In this document: positions 61,289 to 64,000 of the stretch, in pieces | Layout: each line of letters opens with the position of its first letter | How positions within the stretch are numbered: position 1 is the first letter of the stretch | Sequence record: ON540300.1 | Length of the DNA stretch: 64,000 bases | Origin: Escherichia phage ECOH1 | Strand: one strand, 5' to 3' | Position numbers and translations under genes: made by a program | Notes under the pieces: model-generated | Databases searched by the model: none | Seen by the model: only the letters and a program-made list of their open reading frames with translations | Told to the model about the DNA's origin: nothing

Positions 61289-62358
61289 TTAACCAGCACC
61301 CAATCTTTTTAGGTGGTGAGAGAAAAACTTTTGACTCACTTAATAAACACTACCCAAAAATCTTTGAACTTTATAAACAACAAAAAGCACAAGACTGGTC
61401 AGAAGATGAGTTCCCTTTTGAACAATCACGTCTTGATTTTGAGAGTGTCCCAGCATCAATGTCAGGTGTAATGCTTGAGATTCTTAAGTGGCAGTGGGAA
61501 GCAGATACCCAAGTTGCTAAGAGCTTGGCATTTGCCTTTGCACCCTTTATCTCTGATGACATCTATGCAACTGCAATTATGAAGCAGTCTGAGATTGAAA
61601 ACCTACATGCTCTTACTTACTCAGAGATTGTAAGGCAATGTATTAAAAACCCTGAAACCATCTTAGATGAGATTAACCAGAATGTTGCTGTGCAAGACCG
61701 ATTAAAAACTGTGAATCGTGTTCTTGAAGAATTACTGGATGAAGGTATAAACTACCGTCTGAGTTATGTGCGTGATTCACTTCTGGACAAAGACCCTTTA
61801 CACTTCCATAAAGTGATTCTGAAAGGTCTATTTGCAGTGACTGCACTGGAAGGTATATCTTTTATGGCATCCTTTGCATGTACTTTTGCACTTGATGCTC
61901 AAGATAAATTTCAGGGTATTGCTCAAGCTGTCCAGAAAATTATGCTTGACGAAATCCTTCACACTAAAATTGATATTGAAGTTTTAAAAGAAACTTTAAG
62001 AGATGATGAGTGGCAGAAAGCTTTTCAACAAATTCTTCCAGAGATTAAAGTAATCTTAGATGAAGTAGTTGAAAGTGAAGAGAAATGGTCGTATTATATC
62101 TTCTCCGAAGGACGTGCTGTAGTTGGCCTAAATACAAAGCTTCTTCATGAGTGGGTTTACTATAATGCTGCCCCACTGTATGATATGTTTGGCATTCAAA
62201 GAGATTTTGTAGCTCCTAAAGAACCACCTTTGAAATATATGATTAAGAAGATGGAAATTGATAAAGAGCAGAATGCTAATCAGGAGCAACAGAATGGCGC
62301 GTACCTATTGAATACTGTTGTAGATGATTTGAATAGTGGATTTTTAGAGGTTCCTTAA
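61285..62358 (+). CDS. nrdB: ribonucleotide reductase class I beta subunit
   Basis: 357 aa directly after nrdA with ATGA coupling; helical ferritin-like sequence. Confidence 0.75.
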   Translation: MINQHPIFLGGERKTFDSLNKHYPKIFELYKQQKAQDWSEDEFPFEQSRLDFESVPASMSGVMLEILKWQWEADTQVAKSLAFAFAPFISDDIYATAIMKQSEIENLHALTYSEIVRQCIKNPETILDEINQNVAVQDRLKTVNRVLEELLDEGINYRLSYVRDSLLDKDPLHFHKVILKGLFAVTALEGISFMASFACTFALDAQDKFQGIAQAVQKIMLDEILHTKIDIEVLKETLRDDEWQKAFQQILPEIKVILDEVVESEEKWSYYIFSEGRAVVGLNTKLLHEWVYYNAAPLYDMFGIQRDFVAPKEPPLKYMIKKMEIDKEQNANQEQQNGAYLLNTVVDDLNSGFLEVP

Positions 62359-62600
62359 TGACTTATGTAATTTACTCCAAAGCTGGATGCCCTCAGTGTG
62401 AGACTGCAAAGAATTTTGCAAAAGCTCGTGGTATTGGCCATGTTGTGAGAATGTTAGGGCAGGATTATGAACTATCAGACCTGATGGAGATTGCACAGAT
62501 GCCAGTTCGTCAGATGCCATTCATCATGAAAACTGATGGACAAAACCTAAAACCTGTTGGGACGCTACAGAATTTTATGGCAGAGGTGAATAATGCTTAA
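62358..62600 (+). CDS. glutaredoxin/NrdH-like redoxin
   Basis: CPQC active-site motif near N-terminus; 80 aa; RNR operon context. Confidence 0.7.
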   Translation: MTYVIYSKAGCPQCETAKNFAKARGIGHVVRMLGQDYELSDLMEIAQMPVRQMPFIMKTDGQNLKPVGTLQNFMAEVNNA

Positions 62601-62799
62601 ACGCATTTGGGAAGGTTTGGTTGTTGATGCACCAGCTATTGTGATTGGTATGCTTATTGTTAACCTATTTACTGACTTTGAACAAGGTTCATTGTTTGGA
62701 GCCATGTTACTATGGGTTATCTTTGAAATATTAGAGATACAGTTAGGTATCACTGAAAAACTAAGAAAACTCTTTGTGAAGTTTTCTAAAAAGATTTAA
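62593..62799 (+). CDS. small membrane protein (68 aa)
   Basis: Hydrophobic IVIGMLIVNLF and LFGAMLLWVIFEIL. Confidence 0.4.
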   Translation: MLKRIWEGLVVDAPAIVIGMLIVNLFTDFEQGSLFGAMLLWVIFEILEIQLGITEKLRKLFVKFSKKI

Positions 62800-62805
62800 A
62801 ATGAA

Positions 62806-62829
62806 AGGGTCTCTTCGGAGACCTTTTTA
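62806..62829 (+). terminator. Rho-independent terminator with UUCG tetraloop
   Basis: GGGTCTC-ttcg-GAGACC then TTTTT. Confidence 0.65.
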
Positions 62830-62847
62830 GCATGTAAAGGGGCAATA

Positions 62848-64000
62848 ATGAACAAAGTACAGATTATTAAAAAGAGTGGCTCACTCGAAGAACCTGATAT
62901 CAAAAAAGTTTTAGCAGCAGTCACAAAGTCAGCTAATAGGGTTGGTTATAAAGAGCTTCCACCAGATGTTACTCAAGCTCTTGAGTCAGCATTTATGAGG
63001 ATTCTGGTAAAATCTACTAAGCAGAATAATTTACTCGTTTCAGTAAATGATATTCACAGTATTGTTGAGGGTGCTTTGGCAGAAGTCAATCACGAGATTT
63101 ATGAGTCTTACTCAACATATAGAAATTACCGTAAAGAAGTTGCTCAAAATTGGGATGAACTTTACCAGAAGACCAAAGATACACTCTTCTTAGGTGACAG
63201 AGAGAATGCTAACTTTGACAGCAGTTTAATTTCTACAAAAGGTTCAATTATTCGTGGTTATCTGACTAAAGAAATCTTTAAACAGTACCATTTAACACCA
63301 GAGGAACTTGAAGCCATTGAAAAAGGGTTTATCTATATCCATGATTTAAGAGACCTAATTTTTGGTGGTATCAACTGTTGCCTGTTTGACATTGGTAAAG
63401 TCCTGAAAGGTGGCTTTGAAATGTCTGGCATCGAATATTGTGAACCAAAGTCTGTACTGTCAGCCTTACAGGTTATTGGTGATGTAGTTCTTTCAGCAAC
63501 TGCACAGCAATTTGGTGGCTTTACTTTAGCAGAGATTGATAAGGTACTTGTACCGTATGCTAAGAAGTCTCTACGCTATCATGCTGAGAAAGCAGCATCT
63601 TATGGTATTCCTAAAGAACATTACCACAATTATGTCATGGAGCAGCTACAGATTGAATTAACTCAAGGCTTCCAGTCACTAGAGATGAAACTGAATACTG
63701 TACCATGTAGTCGTGGGGATTTTGCATTCACAACTTTGACATTCGGGTTACTTGACTCAGATATGTCCAATGAAGATAACCGACTGCAATACATGATTGC
63801 AAGTACTCTCCTAGATGTTCGTATGAATGGACAAGGCAAGAGCAAGAAACCTGTTGTATTCCCTAAACTGGTTTATATCTATGACCAGAAGAGACATAAT
63901 GAGAATATCTGTCAAGGCCAACTGTACAGCAAAGCTATTGAGTGTTGCTCTAAAGCGATGTATCCAGATTTTTTAAGTGTATCTGGTCATGGTGCTGTAG
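62848..64000 (+). CDS. nrdD: anaerobic ribonucleotide reductase (class III), 5' portion; runs off window end
   Basis: ATG 62848 with AAAGGGG RBS; ATP-cone-like N-terminus; open to end of window. Confidence 0.65.
   Translation, partial: MNKVQIIKKSGSLEEPDIKKVLAAVTKSANRVGYKELPPDVTQALESAFMRILVKSTKQNNLLVSVNDIHSIVEGALAEVNHEIYESYSTYRNYRKEVAQNWDELYQKTKDTLFLGDRENANFDSSLISTKGSIIRGYLTKEIFKQYHLTPEELEAIEKGFIYIHDLRDLIFGGINCCLFDIGKVLKGGFEMSGIEYCEPKSVLSALQVIGDVVLSATAQQFGGFTLAEIDKVLVPYAKKSLRYHAEKAASYGIPKEHYHNYVMEQLQIELTQGFQSLEMKLNTVPCSRGDFAFTTLTFGLLDSDMSNEDNRLQYMIASTLLDVRMNGQGKSKKPVVFPKLVYIYDQKRHNENICQGQLYSKAIECCSKAMYPDFLSVSGHGAV

Overview
This 64-kb window reads as a contiguous segment of an AT-rich tailed dsDNA phage genome with a contractile-tail (myovirus-like) gene set. 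Layout: (1) 1-1110, an ORF-free array of short degenerate TGTTAAGA-type motifs; (2) 1.2-8.3 kb, a leftward block of small early genes including a T4-type endolysin and two tandem paralogs, one with an Ig-like domain; (3) 8.6-10.4 kb, a rightward small basic protein and a 471-aa protein with a vWA/MIDAS motif whose architecture resembles Ro60/TROVE RNA-binding proteins; (4) 10.6-15.7 kb, an array of 27 tRNA genes covering all 20 amino acids, interleaved with conserved structured spacer elements, one of which carries a circularly permuted tRNA-like module (T-arm, closed acceptor helix, D-arm, no anticodon arm); (5) 15.9-39.8 kb, terminase, portal, protease/scaffold, capsid, sheath, tube, chaperone with -1 frameshift site, tape measure, baseplate and two His-rich tail fibres, then holin-like and spanin-like genes; (6) 39.8-49.7 kb, leftward thymidylate synthase, DHFR, an HTH/signal-peptide module, a 530-bp repeat-rich intergenic region, ATP-dependent DNA ligase, HNH endonuclease and family A DNA polymerase; (7) 49.9-64 kb, rightward dNMP kinase, primase-helicase, SSB, FEN-type exonuclease, GIY-YIG, MazG-like, class I RNR, glutaredoxin and the start of class III RNR. 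The leading candidate for a novel system is the Ro60-like gene together with the permuted tRNA-like RNA and its repeat family in the tRNA array, i.e. a possible phage Ro60/Y-RNA-type ribonucleoprotein module. All calls are by eye from sequence and ORF translations; no database search or folding was run.
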